This document shows positions 27,005 through 41,209 of a stretch of DNA of 53,622 nucleotides, piece after piece. The stretch lies in contig CT868655.1 of assembly GCA_000165425.1 (NCBI GenBank), forward strand, positions 310,001-363,622, given 5' to 3'. Made by a program: the position numbers and the translations under genes. Position 1 is the stretch's first letter. Each line of letters begins with the position of its first letter. This DNA is from Paramecium tetraurelia (taxonomy: Eukaryota). The notes under the pieces were generated by a model. The model worked only from the letters and a program-made list of their open reading frames with translations, did no database searches and was not told the origin of the DNA.

Positions 27005-27431
27005 ATGAATTATAAAGTTGAATCAGCTGATGAATATTTAAGAAGAAATAGAATAATGGAATTATTTGAAGATCTTTGCACTAAAGCCAGCTACATTCAA
27101 CCTGAGAATTTAGAGGAATTTTTTATTGAAGATTTGAGGATTAAATAAAAATAGGGGTATCAATAAAAGTATAACGATTGGGTAGATTCATCACTCCAAT
27201 ATTTACAAAGGCTGAAATTTAAAATATTTTTGAATTATTTGACTTAAAACGTGATGGATATATCACATAAGAGAATTGCAGAAAGGCATTATTGACAATT
27301 GCATCATCCCAAAAATAATAAGAAATTATTGAAGCAACTCAAGTAAGAAATAAACTGATTTTTTATAGGTGATAGATGAAAAAGTAGATATCAATAGATT
27401 TTAAAGATTAGTTGAATAATTTTTAGGATGA
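27005..27431 (+). CDS. EFCAB10: EF-hand calcium-binding domain protein 10-like (RIIa/DPY30-like helix plus EF-hand)
   Basis: ADEYLRRNRIMELFEDLCT...QPENLEEFFI; IFELFDLKRDGYITQENCRKAL; two introns. Confidence 0.8.
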
Positions 27432-28505
27432 ATACTTGAATAAATATTTAATTATGATAATATAAATCGATAATATAGACACTTATTTTAATATTAATAT
27501 CATCGTGTATACTCATCTATAAGTTATTGATAATGGTTTGAATAGCTTGCAATCTGTATTTTAAAAAGTATAATACAAATTTACAACTAAATGTTATCAA
27601 TTATTTTAATTTTCTAAATTGTATGATTAAAAATTTGGATTAAATTTTAGAGGAAGAAATTACTAAAGTTTAAGAATGTTGAAAAAGAAAGATAAATGTA
27701 ATAGTCTTGAAGAAATATTAAATTTAAATCTAATAGATATAAAACTATGGCTTTCCTTTGAAATCAATAGGTTTGTTATAATGAAGTAAAAAATAATGTA
27801 CCATTGATGATTAGTATCAACTAAATTTTTTTCATTACTCTAAACGTCAAAAATTATCAAGAAATTAGTTAAGAACTATGAGCCATATTGATCAATTATA
27901 ATATTTTAAGGAGCATTTACAAAATAATATCAAAAGTAAACAAGAAACATGAAGAATGATATTACAAGTTTTATATTTGATAGATTAAGTAAAATCATAT
28001 CATAAGGAAGTTACTTTTAAACATAATTCATCTTTATAAGCATTAGATAACTATTAAAATCAATGAGCATTATTGATAATTCTTAATCAAGAAGGTTGCT
28101 CTGTTTGATTAATAATAATCATTTGTAGTAGGTAGGCGATAATTACAATAAAAATCTGATAAAAAGGAATGATATTAGTTTATCTTTTGGTTTCAGTGAA
28201 TATTTGAAAGCTGACTCCAAAAGTTTTCAACTGGTAGAAAAAATCTGCATTTAGTTTTAGTTGTTATAATATAATTCAATTCATTAATTGATAAACCAAT
28301 TATATAATGCTATTAAAAATTTGTGCGATAACTCAAATTGAATGATTTTTATAGATTATTGTAATTATAAATTTAAATGATCCGTTCTAATGATTCCAAA
28401 TTTAACCAGCATTTTAAAAAAGATTCTTTTTATTTTCTAACTAAATTTTGTGTTCATTTTGTATTTTGATTATAAAATAAAACCAATAATTAATTTATAT
28501 AATAA

Positions 28506-30881
28506 ATGTAGTTTCTTAATCCAAAAAAGTAAAAATTTTAGTAAATACAGAAATAAGAGTTCAATTTTCAACTACTTGATGAAAATAGAGTGTTTATGAC
28601 AGGAACATTTACTGCTTTCACTGATGAAGTGAAATAGTATATAAAAGTAATCCACTTCATTATCAGCATAGTAAAACAATGGAAGCTTTTAAAATTTGGA
28701 TGGAGAGAAAGGTTGGATAATACCAATAGGAAATTATTAGAATTTGATAACTAATGTAAAATCAATGAATATTTTTAGCTAAAATCATTATAGTCAGAAG
28801 TAATGATAAAGTAATTGCCGCAATTATTGTAAAAACTATAAAATCTCAATATGAAAGAAATAAAGTATTTTGATAACGGTCAACTGGTTACCTTAAAGTA
28901 TAATAATCAGATAAGTTATGAGTAAATTGATAAAACATTAGAAGACACATTATATGAATATCAAAAAGATTGTGTTAAATAAGGTTTAAAATTCAATGGT
29001 AGAATTTTGATTGCAGATGATATGGGTGTTGGTAAGACAGTGTAATCTTTGGCTCTTGCAAGTATGTATAAATAGAATTGGCCTCTGTTAATTATGTGTC
29101 CCTCGCCATTGAGATTGAATTGGTAGGATGAAATCATACATTGGTTAAAGATACATAAAACTGATATTTAATTGATTAATTGTGGTCGAGAGGGTATAAG
29201 AATGAATGCTAAAATAGTTGTGGTTTCATATGATATTTGCGCTAAGATCAAAGATGTAAATATTAATTAATAAATTTAGAATTTAATGAATCGAAAGTTC
29301 TAAATTTGCATAGCAGATGAATGTCATTACTTAAAAAGCCCTTCATCAATACGAAGTCAAGTATGCGTTCCAATTCTGAGATAATGTATGCAGACAATCC
29401 TATTGACTGGCACACCTGCATTATCAAAACCAAAAGACTTATTCAATCTATTGAATATTATTAGACCAGATATCTTTGGTAATTTTAAGGAATTTGGATA
29501 TCGATATTGTGATCCAAAATTAAGTAGATTCACAAAAGGGATAGACTTTGATGGGGCATCAAATTTAAAAGAATTGTACTTCTTATTGAGAAATTATATA
29601 ATGATAAGAAGATAGAAGAAAGATGTTTTGAGTCAGTTACCTGAAAAGAGAAGAGTAAAAGTAAGAATTCCAGGAGAGACAAGTTAAGTCAAATAAATAG
29701 GGGCTCTTTTGAATTAATTGGGGAATATTGATATTCAATAACTTATTAATAAAGATACAATCTTTCAGGAATAAAAGGATTAAAGTGAATAATTGCTTAC
29801 AATAAATTCTATTTTATAGAAGTGCTATATGCTTACTGGTTAAGCAAAGATTAAGGCTATAAAAGATTATATTTGTACATTGTTTGAAAATGAAATTAAA
29901 TTTTTATTTTTTGCACACCATTAAGATGTATTGGATGCTGTATAAGAATATTGTGTTCAAAATGAAATTTAATATATGAGAATTGATGGTAATGTTGGAG
30001 TTGAACAAAGACATTTGAATGTACAAATGTTTTAGAATAATGATGAAATTAGGATTGCTATTTTGAGTGTTACATCTGCTAATTATGGAATTACATTGAC
30101 AGCAGCCTCAACTATAGTGTTCGGTGAAATGCATTGGACTCCTGCTATTATGCTGTAAGCAGAGGATAGAGCACATAGAATTGGTTAGGTTTAATGTGTT
30201 GATTGCCATTATCTAATAGGAGATGGGACATTAGATGATCATATTTTCAATAAGATTGAAAATAAAATGAATACTGTTTCAAATTTTATTGATGGATAAA
30301 AGTAAAACTTAGGAGCATTAGAATTTTCAGCTGAGGAAGCATTGGTTAAAGGAACATCAAAGCCTACCTTGGTTTCCGATAAAGGCGAATCTATTTTGTA
30401 GGATGGTAATATACAACCTTCAAACTAAGCCTTAACAGAAGATGATATGCAGGAAATCTACCAACTATTAGAATCTAGATCAAAAGAAAAATAAGATTAA
30501 TTAGATTTAGAGTAGGCTGAATCTTAACAAAAAAAGAATAATATTAAAAAAAAATAAGTTGAAATTTCTAGTTAAGTTAAAAATTAATGTTCAACACTAA
30601 AACAATAATTACTGGATAAATATTTGAGTAGCAACAATGCAAAGAAAGAAGTTATAGAAGATAAAAAGGAATTTAATAAAATATAAAAGGTTATCGAAGA
30701 AAACAAATAATTAACTTATGGAAAAATTCCTTAAAAATTGAGTTATTAATACTTGTAAAGTAGATTAAACGCAGACAGCAAATCAACTGAATCAGGATAA
30801 AAGAAACTTGCTCTACATTTCACTAAGTAACAACCAAGTCCCAACAGCTAAGAAGAAATTATTGATTAGAAAGTTAATTGA
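28506..30881 (+). CDS. SMARCAL1: SNF2-family annealing helicase, SMARCAL1/ZRANB3-like
   Basis: GRILIADDMGVGKTVQ, WPLLIMCPS, IADECH, LLTGTPALSKP, FLFFAHH, MRIDG, GITLTAAS, WTPAIMLQAEDRAHRIGQ; HARP-like N-terminus (KGWIIPIGNY). Confidence 0.92.
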
Positions 30882-30947
30882 TTTATTATTATATTTATTA
30901 TTTTTTTTTATAAATTAATTTGGTTACAAAATCAACAGTAGGATAAA

Positions 30948-32346
30948 TCATCCTTTTATCAACAATATAAGAGAATTTATTGCTGCAAAAGATCCAACAA
31001 TTATTCCAATAATCATCAAACAACAATATGTTGTCCTTTATCTTACCGATTAGTTATCAAAGAAGTTCTTCTTGTAGATAATCAATGGGAAATAGAATTG
31101 TAGAGCACTTCCAGAAAATCCACCTACTAGAGATAAAAATACAGCAAATTATGGAATAAACATCGCTATCAAACTTAGGAGTACCACTTAAACCATCCTT
31201 ATTATAATTCGTTTTCTGTTTGCTGAGTCTTAACTCTTTTATATCTATCAATATTGATTATTGTATTACATATGAATTTACTTTTTAGTTAGTTTCTAAA
31301 ATTTAAAATGCAGGCAATAATTAGACTGGAAATGAGAGTAATAATCCAATAGCATAGCTTATTTAAACTACAGCCATGAAAGGATTATCTTACAAATTAA
31401 ACAACACAATTTAATTGATATCTGTGCCATAGCCAATACCACACACCAAAGAAAAAATAATAAATAAGATCACTACAGCAATTGTAGTTAATTACAACAA
31501 TCTTTAAAATTTCTCCTTCTTCTGCATCGAAGATTGAATGTTTAGTAAAACTCCAACAGCTTCAAATGAGTATATCGAGACACCAATCATTGTTGATAAA
31601 CCTGAAAAGTCTATCAAACTTTATTTTTCAGGATAACTCTCATTGATAATTGCTTATATAGCTGAAACCATTATCATTACTAGTGGAAATACTATCAGTC
31701 CATTCGCAATTGCACTTACCTTTGTAAATACAGCCATATTAGATATTAGTGTCATTGGGAGTAAAATTAATAAGGCTATTAAAAGATAATATAATTAATG
31801 TTGAAATGAAGATGTGGAATTACCATAGAAAGCAATTTCAAAAAACTCCATAAAAAAAATAACATAACTTATGCAACATCCCCATTACATAGTTCCAACA
31901 ATTAATTTACTAAATGATCTATACCTTGCACCCAAAGTAATTTCAATAAATTTTGAATAATCCATTAATTGATTAGGTTGCCTATATTTATCGGCCATCA
32001 TGATGAAATTCACTTATTAATAATTTATGAGCAAACTTAGAAGCACAAAAACTATAGTTGATAGAACATAACCTCCTTTGGCAAAACTGTAAGGCAATGC
32101 GAGTATTCCAGAACCAACAAAAGTTTTAAAAAGGGTTAAAGTTGCCCCTTTGTAAGATGATTGCTTCTTTGGGGCCACTTTTTATTATTGAATTTAGTCA
32201 AGAGTTATTGGTTTATATTCTAGATTTATTTCAATTTGAGGAGCAGGCCCTAATTGTTTCTCATCAAGGATATTATTAGATCCAAATTCATTGGATCCTA
32301 TATTTTAAGATTAAATCCCTGCGTTATATTATTTTTCATCAAGCAT
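30948..32346 (-). CDS. Amino acid/auxin permease (AAAP, SLC36-like) transporter
   Basis: TLFKTFVGSGILALPYSFAKGG, GVSIYSFEAVG, FLSLVGGFSGSALQFYFP; multiple TM segments; one intron. Confidence 0.92.
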
Positions 32347-32473
32347 AGTATTTATTTAAATAATTATTTATTAAAGAGATTGTTAGTATATTTAATCTCA
32401 ATTTCAGATAATAAGTCATTAAATAGATATCAATATTCTATTAATATAAACCATAAAATAATTTTAATAACAA

Positions 32474-33433
32474 TCAGTTCTAACTGTTAAGATAGTGTAG
32501 ATATTATTCATATCTTAATGGTGATTACCTTTCATTTATAGCTTATTTTTCTATTTTCCCATCTTTAATATAAATAACCCTGTGGGCATAGCATTCAAGA
32601 TCAGGATTATGAGTAACCATAACCATAGTGCAAGGTGTGGGATTAGATTCATCATATCCAAAATTATTGAGTTTCAATAAGATATCCATGACTTCAACAG
32701 TTGATTTTGAATCTAAATCTCCTGTAGGCTCATCCAATAATAAAATTTAGGGTGAATTGGCTAAAGATCTAGCTATAGCCACTCTCTACTATTCACCACC
32801 TGATAACTCTGATGGTAAATGATCCATTCTATCCTATAGTCCAACACTTTTCAGCAATTCTCTGACTCTTTTTTTAATTTCTTTCTCCGACTTAATTCAT
32901 ACATTATTTTATTACTAATTTAGCCAAAATTCTCATGGGCAACTCTACATTTTCATAAGCTGTCATTGTAGCAATTAAATTAAATGTCTAGAATACAAAA
33001 CCAATAGTTGTCAACCTAAGTTCGCTTAAATATGAGTCTTTTGATAACTTATTGACTTCCCTTCCTAATAATCCTATTATATTGTTTATTATTAACTTAT
33101 TGTGCCACTAGTAGGTGTGTCAATTGTTCCTACTTAATTTAAGAATGTTGTTTTTCCACCACCAGAGGGACCTCTAATAATGACAAATTCTCCCCTTTTT
33201 ATAGGATAAAATTCATCATGTTGTTTTAAATTGATTTCCTTAAGAGCATAAATCTTCTCATCTCTTCCAATAAGGTTAAACTCTGTAAAATTAAAGATTA
33301 GGATACCTTTTGATACATCTTCACATTCAATTACATTCTCATCTTATGGCCCAAATTCTTTTGGAGGTAAATTATAAATATCTTTAACCTGTCCCATCAT
33401 TGCTTCTTTTTCTGGAGATCCTGTAAATATCAT
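32474..33433 (-). CDS. Stand-alone ABC ATPase of the LolD/MacB/FtsE type
   Basis: Walker A GPSGGGKTT, IGFVFQTFNL, LSGGEQQRVAIARSLANSP, LLLDEPTGDLD, VMVTHN; three short introns; no TM domain. Start codon is 33433 or one of the downstream MM codons. Confidence 0.9.
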
Positions 33434-33559
33434 TATTGAAATATAATGATGTAAATATTTATTTTTAATATTTACTTTGTTTCTATCCTTCAATTAAAAT
33501 AGATTGAAAGTATCCAAAATTTATAGAAACTTAAAACAATTTTAAAGACTATTATTAGA

Positions 33560-34900
33560 TGAGCATTGAATGAATAATAAAATTTTTTTCTGTTTAAACA
33601 AATTGAAGCAAATGGAATTTTAAAAAATCAAATCCTATCTTCAAATTGGCTGAGTAATTAACTATAATCTAATATCTAAGGCTTAATTTAATGAAATTAA
33701 ATCTGCTTTTTAAGAAAATATGAAAGGAATTAAGGTTTTTGATTTCGCTTGGCCTTTCTCAAGATTTAATTATGAATAAACCAAAAACCATAGATCATTA
33801 AGTATATGGCTATGTTATTTGATATTTAGATAATTTCAATCAATATAATTGATACTATTGATAAGGATTAATTATTTTAAAAATTATACAAAAATAAAAA
33901 CAATTAAGTGATTTACCATCAAATTGGGTTTTTTACTATAGGTCTTATCAATAGAGACTAAAAACTTCCAACACCTCTAATTACTAATATTTGAACTTAG
34001 AATCCTAAATAATAAACTTACTTTATAATCCATATTCAAAATTCTATTGCTAAAGTAAGCTTTTTTTTTTTATGAGAAACTTCATAGAATTCAACTTATC
34101 AATTATAGTTCTGATAGGCTTTTAATTGAGCCTTCTGAATTTATAATTATAATTAATTTCACAATTACAACAATTAACATTACGAGCCAGCACAGTTTCT
34201 CTTTTGAAACAAAGAATTGATGCTAAATTTTAATAACTTAATTTAATTTACAATTATCTGCGGATGTGTCGCATTAAATAACATAACAAAAAATAATCTC
34301 TATTTCTGATTTCTACTCAGATCAATCTGATTTAATCTAACAAATAAATATTTTTATGGTATACAATATACAGTAGACTAAACCTCTACTATAGTTCTAT
34401 TATAGTTTGAAAATAGGATCAAAAGAAGATATGACTGATGATTATAATTCTTTCAGAAAATAGTTTTTTTGAGAAGAATGATAATTTATCAGTCATATCT
34501 CCTTTTGAAATTCAATTTAATATTTAATTTGAATATAAAATTTACAAAAAGGATTGACTGTTGAGATTCCCTTTTACTGATTGGAATAGTTAGCAATCAG
34601 TCCAAGCTGTGAGTTAGGAACTACCTTGGATCAAAACAATTGGATTAAAGAAATTGGTAAATTTAAGTAATCTGTTAAAGACTATCAAGCTAGTTATTTA
34701 AAAAAAACAAAGTAAAAGGATCTTATTTATTAATTTGTCAAAGGAAAAATAAATTAGAAATAATGTTAAAAATTGTAAGTGATATGAATTAGGAAGAATA
34801 GTTCAATCATTAAGTTGTAATGAATAAAATCCATTCTAATCTATTATTTAATTTAATACAAAACCTATTTGTTACCAAATTAAAAAATTTGAAATAAAAG
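33560..34900 (+). pseudogene. Decayed gene of unknown family
   Basis: Coding-like patches (MKGIKVFDFAWPFSRFNYEQ) and an intron-like gtatatgg..atttag, interrupted by TGA stops and frameshifts. Boundaries approximate. Confidence 0.35.
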
Positions 34901-34981
34901 AGAAATTACGATAAATTTATATTCCAATTGAGTATTAGCTTAATTTAAAGTAAATTTTTTGAATTTAAATAATAGAATTAT

Positions 34982-36197
34982 AATGTTAAATAATAGAAAT
35001 CAATCAATCATAAATTATAGAATAATCCTCTAGCGTTTTTTTCATATACTCATTTTCACTTTATTTATTTATATTAGGGAAATTTATTTATTCATTGAGG
35101 AGTTTCTCAATATAAGGAGGAGAAAAGGAAGTCAAAGAAATCATTGAATGGTTAAAGTCTTTACATAAGAATGATAGATAATAATCATAAGAATAATCAA
35201 AGGAAACGTAATTAACTTATGAATTGCTTCCTCAAATGTTGGGCAATTGCTTTTGATTATCATACAAAATTTTTAATAACGGGATCTGAATCCAACATCA
35301 TAACTATGCATTTCAAAAGTGGGGCATTAAAAAGGATTCAGATAATTTAAAAACATGAATCCTGGATAACTACCCTTAATTTCTTCAGATAAATGCAATT
35401 ATTTATATCTGGATCATCATGCATTAAAATATGGTCTTAAAACTAGTGAGCCAATCCAAAGATTCTAATGAAATTATCACTCTTCAAATATTCAATGTTT
35501 AGTACTTTGTAATTTAAACCCATTGGTTATAATTAGTGGTTCTAAAGACAAGAATCTAAAATTTTGGTATTAATAGGAATCGCAGTGGATTTGTAAATAA
35601 ACAATTGTGGAGCATTCAAATACAGTATGTGGGTTGTCTTTAAATTAAGAAGGCAACACTTTAATTTCTTGTGGAGAGGATGATGTTATCAACATCTTAA
35701 AATTTTAGGATGATCATCAATGGAAGGTTGTTTAAAAATTGGAAGGATAGGGTGTTAGATTGTCATTTATATCTAAGGACATATTTGTATTTTAACCATG
35801 GTAAGGTAGTAAACTTGAACTCTATACATATTCAACATAGAGTGGATTATATTATAAATATCAGGAATTACCAATTTAATCATGTAGATAATTATGTGCT
35901 AATTTATTTCCATGCTTCTTTGTTTCTTCAAAGAACATTGTACTATCCAAAAATGGTTATAATTTGAATTTTATCAAATTCAAAACCAATTCATCATAGT
36001 TTGAGGGTAAATTAGAGTAAGCTATCGATTTCAATTATCCTAATAATTGGTTGGGGAATATCTTTGGTACTATGAGCGAAGGAGGAGACTTTTTGATTAC
36101 ATGGGACAGCAAAACGAAACAAATATAAATTCGGGAATATAAAGAGTTTTAATAATAAAACAAAACATCAAGTTAAAAAAATTGTTAGATTTTTTGA
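34982..36197 (+). pseudogene. WD40-repeat pseudogene (Paramecium expanded family)
   Basis: IISGSKDKNLKFW, EHSNTVCGLSLNQEGNTLISCGED, IFGTMSEGGDFLITWD. The 5' half has frameshifts and an in-frame TGA near 35447. Confidence 0.75.
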
Positions 36198-37379
36198 TTA
36201 TATTTCTTATTAATAAAAAATAATTAACTTTTATTTTAAATTGTTAGTAATTCTTTGAAGTTGAAGCTACGAAATTCCATTAGATTTTATTGTAAAATAT
36301 TTACCTAAATATCAGATATTAAGAAGCTAGAGAATATGATTATAACAATTAAGATAATTAAAGGCTTTTTGAACTCTAAAATAAACATTATAAATATTTG
36401 AATTATGATATAGCTAATCTAATTGGAAGATCAAAGTAAATATTTTCAAAGAAGAAACTTTTTGGCCAAATCAATTATTAAGAATCAAAGACTACCACCT
36501 TAATAGAATAGTAGAAATCTAGAAAGTCATTTTCTATTGAAATGATTTCAAAAGGATATTTCCTTCGTCTGTTTTAGATCCTTACATCCTTTAAACTCAA
36601 TATAACTTTAATTAAACCAATAGTTATTTCTCTTTGACTGTAGAAAGAATTTTTGATTTAATTCTATAAATTTTCCATAATCAATTTCTTATTAAAGTTT
36701 CTTATACTAATTTTTCTACATTATTGATATTTATCATTAAATAAGTTTATTTGTGATTAATGAATAAAGAGTTTCATATCTTATTGCGTTGTTTATCTAT
36801 TTAATTTTATAAGAGTGAATTTAAATTAAATTAAATTGAACATTATTTTGAGATATTAGTCTAAAATTACACACCTATTTGCAAAAATTCACAAAAGAGA
36901 TTATTCTAAGTAACATGAATATCAAAATCTCTAAATAAATAAGGTGATTAATTAATCAATTCTGCTTTTATTTATTTAGAAGTGAAGATGAAGATATTAG
37001 GTTACTTTGAGTGATAAATATGAAAAAAAGTTATAAAAATTAAATCCTTAAAATTTTACCCTCTAAAATGATTCTTGTACCTTTAGATTATAAATTTGAC
37101 TGAGACAGTAGTATGCCTTAAATGGGTTTAGGATTTTTCTGATTCAAAAAACTTTTATGATTCACCATTGTTTTTAGTTTCAAAATAATTATTTAATTAA
37201 CTAACATTCCTAATACTTATTTAAAATTTAGAACAGCAAATAATTTTTGTATAAAAAGTACATGATTTCAGATAATATATAAATTGCATTGATAAATTTA
37301 TTAGTATAAAATATTTTATTTCAACTAAAAGATTGGGAGTTTTTTTAGAAATTTTTCAAATTAATTGTTATATTATTCC

Positions 37380-38900
37380 TTAGAAACAGGATGAATTACT
37401 GATTCAATTTAAAATATCCTAATATTATAAATCTTTTGCCCAAAGATTAAAAAGATTATTAACCAGAGCCTTTGATCATTGTCAATATTCTTTTTTCATG
37501 TAATATCTTATATAAATTTAATATTTTAAATACTTATTGTAAAAAAAAGTATTTAATATTAACAATAATGTTAATAATTATGACTTTACTCTATATTACT
37601 AATGAACCTGTTGTATATTCCTTTAACGTAGATTTTTAATAGAAAGATAGTATATTTTAATCATATCTATGCATTAGATTGGTAAAGTAAGGCAAGATCC
37701 TTGGATTGTGGATATATTAAATTTTTTGGATATTTAGGGTCTCACAATAGTATAGTAAAATTATGCTTTGATATTATAGAACCATATTTTTAGATTTAGA
37801 GTCTCAATCTCATTATAGGATTGATGCAGAGATTCTAAGGTATTTATTTATTGTAAAATCGATAAGCATTGACGGATACAAAGAGCCTAATTTTTACGTC
37901 GAAAAATATTGGCAAACCAAGATATCACTGTAAAAGAAGATAATATTTGTGGAAATTTGTCTTCAGAATATTTTTATACAATATCTATAGTTCGTACCCA
38001 TATCAGAAAGAACACTCTATGTATTACTTAATTTAGCTTTTGGAGGAATAACATCATTGTAATTAAGTACCATTAAATGTTAATCTGGATGTGAAGCATG
38101 CGTAGATAATAATATGAAAAGCTGTTAATAATGGAACTATTTAATTATTCTTTAGATAAAAAAAATCGATATACATTTCTGAAGGGTGGACATTTACATA
38201 TACTACCGATCCTTAATGTGGTAATTACAAATTTTTATTGTTCAACTCAATTAGTTATTATGGATAACTCCCTCCTCATTAACATTAATTAATCAGGTTC
38301 TATAAACGAACGATGTTTAATTAATTATAGCATATATATACATAGTTAATAGATAACTATTAATAAATACAATTGAAATAAATTTGGTAAATAAGTCTTT
38401 CATTTTAAGCGTAAAACACATCAACAGAGATATTAATAAGAAATCATCCTGATCCAATATTAAGGCTAGATATAAAGACTCTAAATGCCCTTGATAACTG
38501 CTATATAAGGGATTTCGAACTTTTTATTCTCCAATTAAACAGCACCTTATCAAATGAATGCAAAATTATTATTATCATTCATTTCATTTGTAATAATTTT
38601 GAATGAATTCAAATCTGAAGGATGAATAATAATTATTAAGCAATATTCAAAATTTTTACGAAAAGTGCAAAGAACCACTGGGGAGCGTTTATAAGATACA
38701 AAATCAGTAAGAAATTGAAGATGATCATTTCAAATTCTTTTCTCATTTTTGGTCGATGAGTTGATAATTCTTCATAAAGCAATTCTTCTGAAGACAACGA
38801 TTTCATCTTAAAATTCCAATCGTAAACACAGAAGCTCTTAAATAATTATTTCTTAGATCTTCCGACCAATAATTATCTCTCTCCCAAAATTTTTAATTTA
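37380..38900 (+). pseudogene. Heavily decayed Cys-rich surface/transmembrane protein gene
   Basis: Fragments such as KCQSGCEACVDNNMKSCQQW and repeated CG motifs across several frames, with many stops. Boundaries approximate. Confidence 0.4.
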
Positions 38901-39295
38901 TAGTTTATTAATTAAAATGGAAACAATGTGCCTTATAAACTAATCGTCGGTTCAGGTACTAGAATAGTGTATTTACCTGTCACTATGGATTAAATTTCGA
39001 ATCATTGCCTAATAAAAATAAATGATGACTTTGACATGATAAATATTTTTCTGTTAATATATTATACAAAATTCTACTAAATTACAATATTATTATATGG
39101 TTATATAATAATTCTATTAATCACATTTTATATTATTTTCTGATAGAATTTTACAAAATCAATTTAAAATTCTAGCAAAGAATTTAGGGAATATAATCCT
39201 ATAATTAATACATAATTTTAATTCTATAAATTGGGATTATTATAAAAATAAGTAATTAATCAATATTAAGCAAATCTGAAGTTTATTTCTAATTA

Positions 39296-40761
39296 ATGTT
39301 AAAAATAATATTTTTTGATGGAAAGTAATTGAGCAATGAACTTCAACATTAGATTGAAACAGAGATAATAAATATAATAAATAAATGTTAAGGAGTTTTA
39401 TCTACTTTTAGTGATACTACAAAAAAGAATATAGAAATTGTTTTATTTGTAGGATAAACAGGAGCAGGAAAGAGCACTTTATTCAACTTTCTTAGCGGAG
39501 CAGAGTTCAAAATTCAAGAGAGAGTATTATAATTAAGAAATCCTTCTAATAAATTTTCAGAGATGAAAGGTGGAATGAATTCTGTATCAAAAGAGCCCAA
39601 TTATTATTTTAATTCAGAATATAATCATTTATTAATAGACTTCCCTGGTTTTTAAGACACAAATGGTAAATTAGATCAACTTTTAATTGAATTAATATTT
39701 TAAAAGGTAGTCACTTAATTACATATTAAAGTAATATATGTTATAAAGAATAATGAAAGCACTCTGCCTAATAGAGGAATGTAAATAATAAAATTTATAG
39801 ATTAACTATTTCAAAATAGTAATTTAGATATTAATAAGTTTAATTTATTACTAAATTGTTATTTAGAAATTTGTCAGATTTTGAATTGAAAAGAAATATA
39901 AGGAAAGAATTAACAAACGCAAATAAGAATAATTATATCGATAATATTCTTGTAATGAGAAAAGTCTAAAATACTGATGATTTAAATAATTATTTCATAA
40001 ATTAAAAAAGAAATGAGTATATAAATAAAACCAGTTCAATCAAAACCTTAATCGATTCCTAAATTTTCAATTCTTTCACAATATCTAATGTAATAAATTT
40101 CAATGATTATGGATGAATACAATTGAGTTATTTATGAAAATGTAGAAAAGTTATGTGAGCAAATGAATATTTCCGAAAAGAGTGAGCAAATCAGATAAAC
40201 TTAATCCCTTTTAGATATTATAACTAAAGCAGAAATAAAAGATGCTTCTGAATGGTATTCAATTTTCATTGAAATTGTGAAAAAATTCCAAAAGTTCTTT
40301 AAATTGAAAAGAATTTAAATAATTTTAAACAGATTTTACAATTTTGTTCCCAATTTTAGAATTAAATTGAAAATTACTCTGAAGTTATTTTTTCTATTAA
40401 AAGCTCTTAAAAGTAATTCCAAAACTTTAGGAGAATATAGATTAAATGGTTAAAAATCAAAAGGAAAAAACGTAAAGGGAATACCAAATTGCAACTTTTT
40501 CATCTTAAAAGGAATAATTATTGTAAACTTTTATTATTTTGAACCTTTGTAATTAAAATAAAATAGTTGGTTTAAAGTAGGGTAAAAAAATGTTAAGCTC
40601 GTGATTAATACTATGTACAAATGGAGTTATAAAAAAAAGTGAAAAGATAAGAAGATCATTATTACCACCTAGAAAATGAATTGAGAGAGATTGAAATTCG
40701 AAATTAAATTAAAGATTTTTTAAATTTCTTGTGGTTGATGAATACCATATTTGATTTTTGA
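39296..40761 (+). pseudogene. AIG1/GIMAP-like P-loop GTPase with coiled-coil tail, frameshifted
   Basis: IVLFVGQTGAGKSTLFNFL (G1, 39452-39478) and LLIDFPGFQDT (G3, 39638). The frame ends at TGA 39887-39889 after an apparent 1-nt deletion near 39868; further breaks follow downstream. Confidence 0.75.
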
Positions 40762-41209
40762 AAAGATAATCTATATTAAATATTTATAATTATGAGATTT
40801 ATTCCCTTAACTATTAGCCTACATATCAATTATTGAAATTGTCATAAGTGATCTGAATTTTTTAAAGTTTTATAGAAGGACTCATCTGAGGATCTGAATG
40901 AGCCTCGAATTTATTATTTTCTATTGATTGGATTATCTAATTCCATCATATCTATGAGGAGTTCATTCATCCTTTCTGTTTCTTCATGAACTTCAAAATA
41001 AATTAGACAATTGATCTTGTTTTGATTATTTTATTTAAGGTCTCTCCAAATTTGATGCAATTAATAGTTAATTATTTATATTATTATTATTATTCTATCC
41101 TGTTAAGGAGAAGAGAAAACATAAATTATTTAATCATCATATTTTTTCAAATTAATTCCATTCTTTTAATAATTCTATCCCCTACTCTATACGTTTATGC
41201 CATTTTTCA

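Noticed and set aside
27440..28500. AT-rich gene-sized interval
   Set aside because: No sustained reading frame or motif found on either strand.
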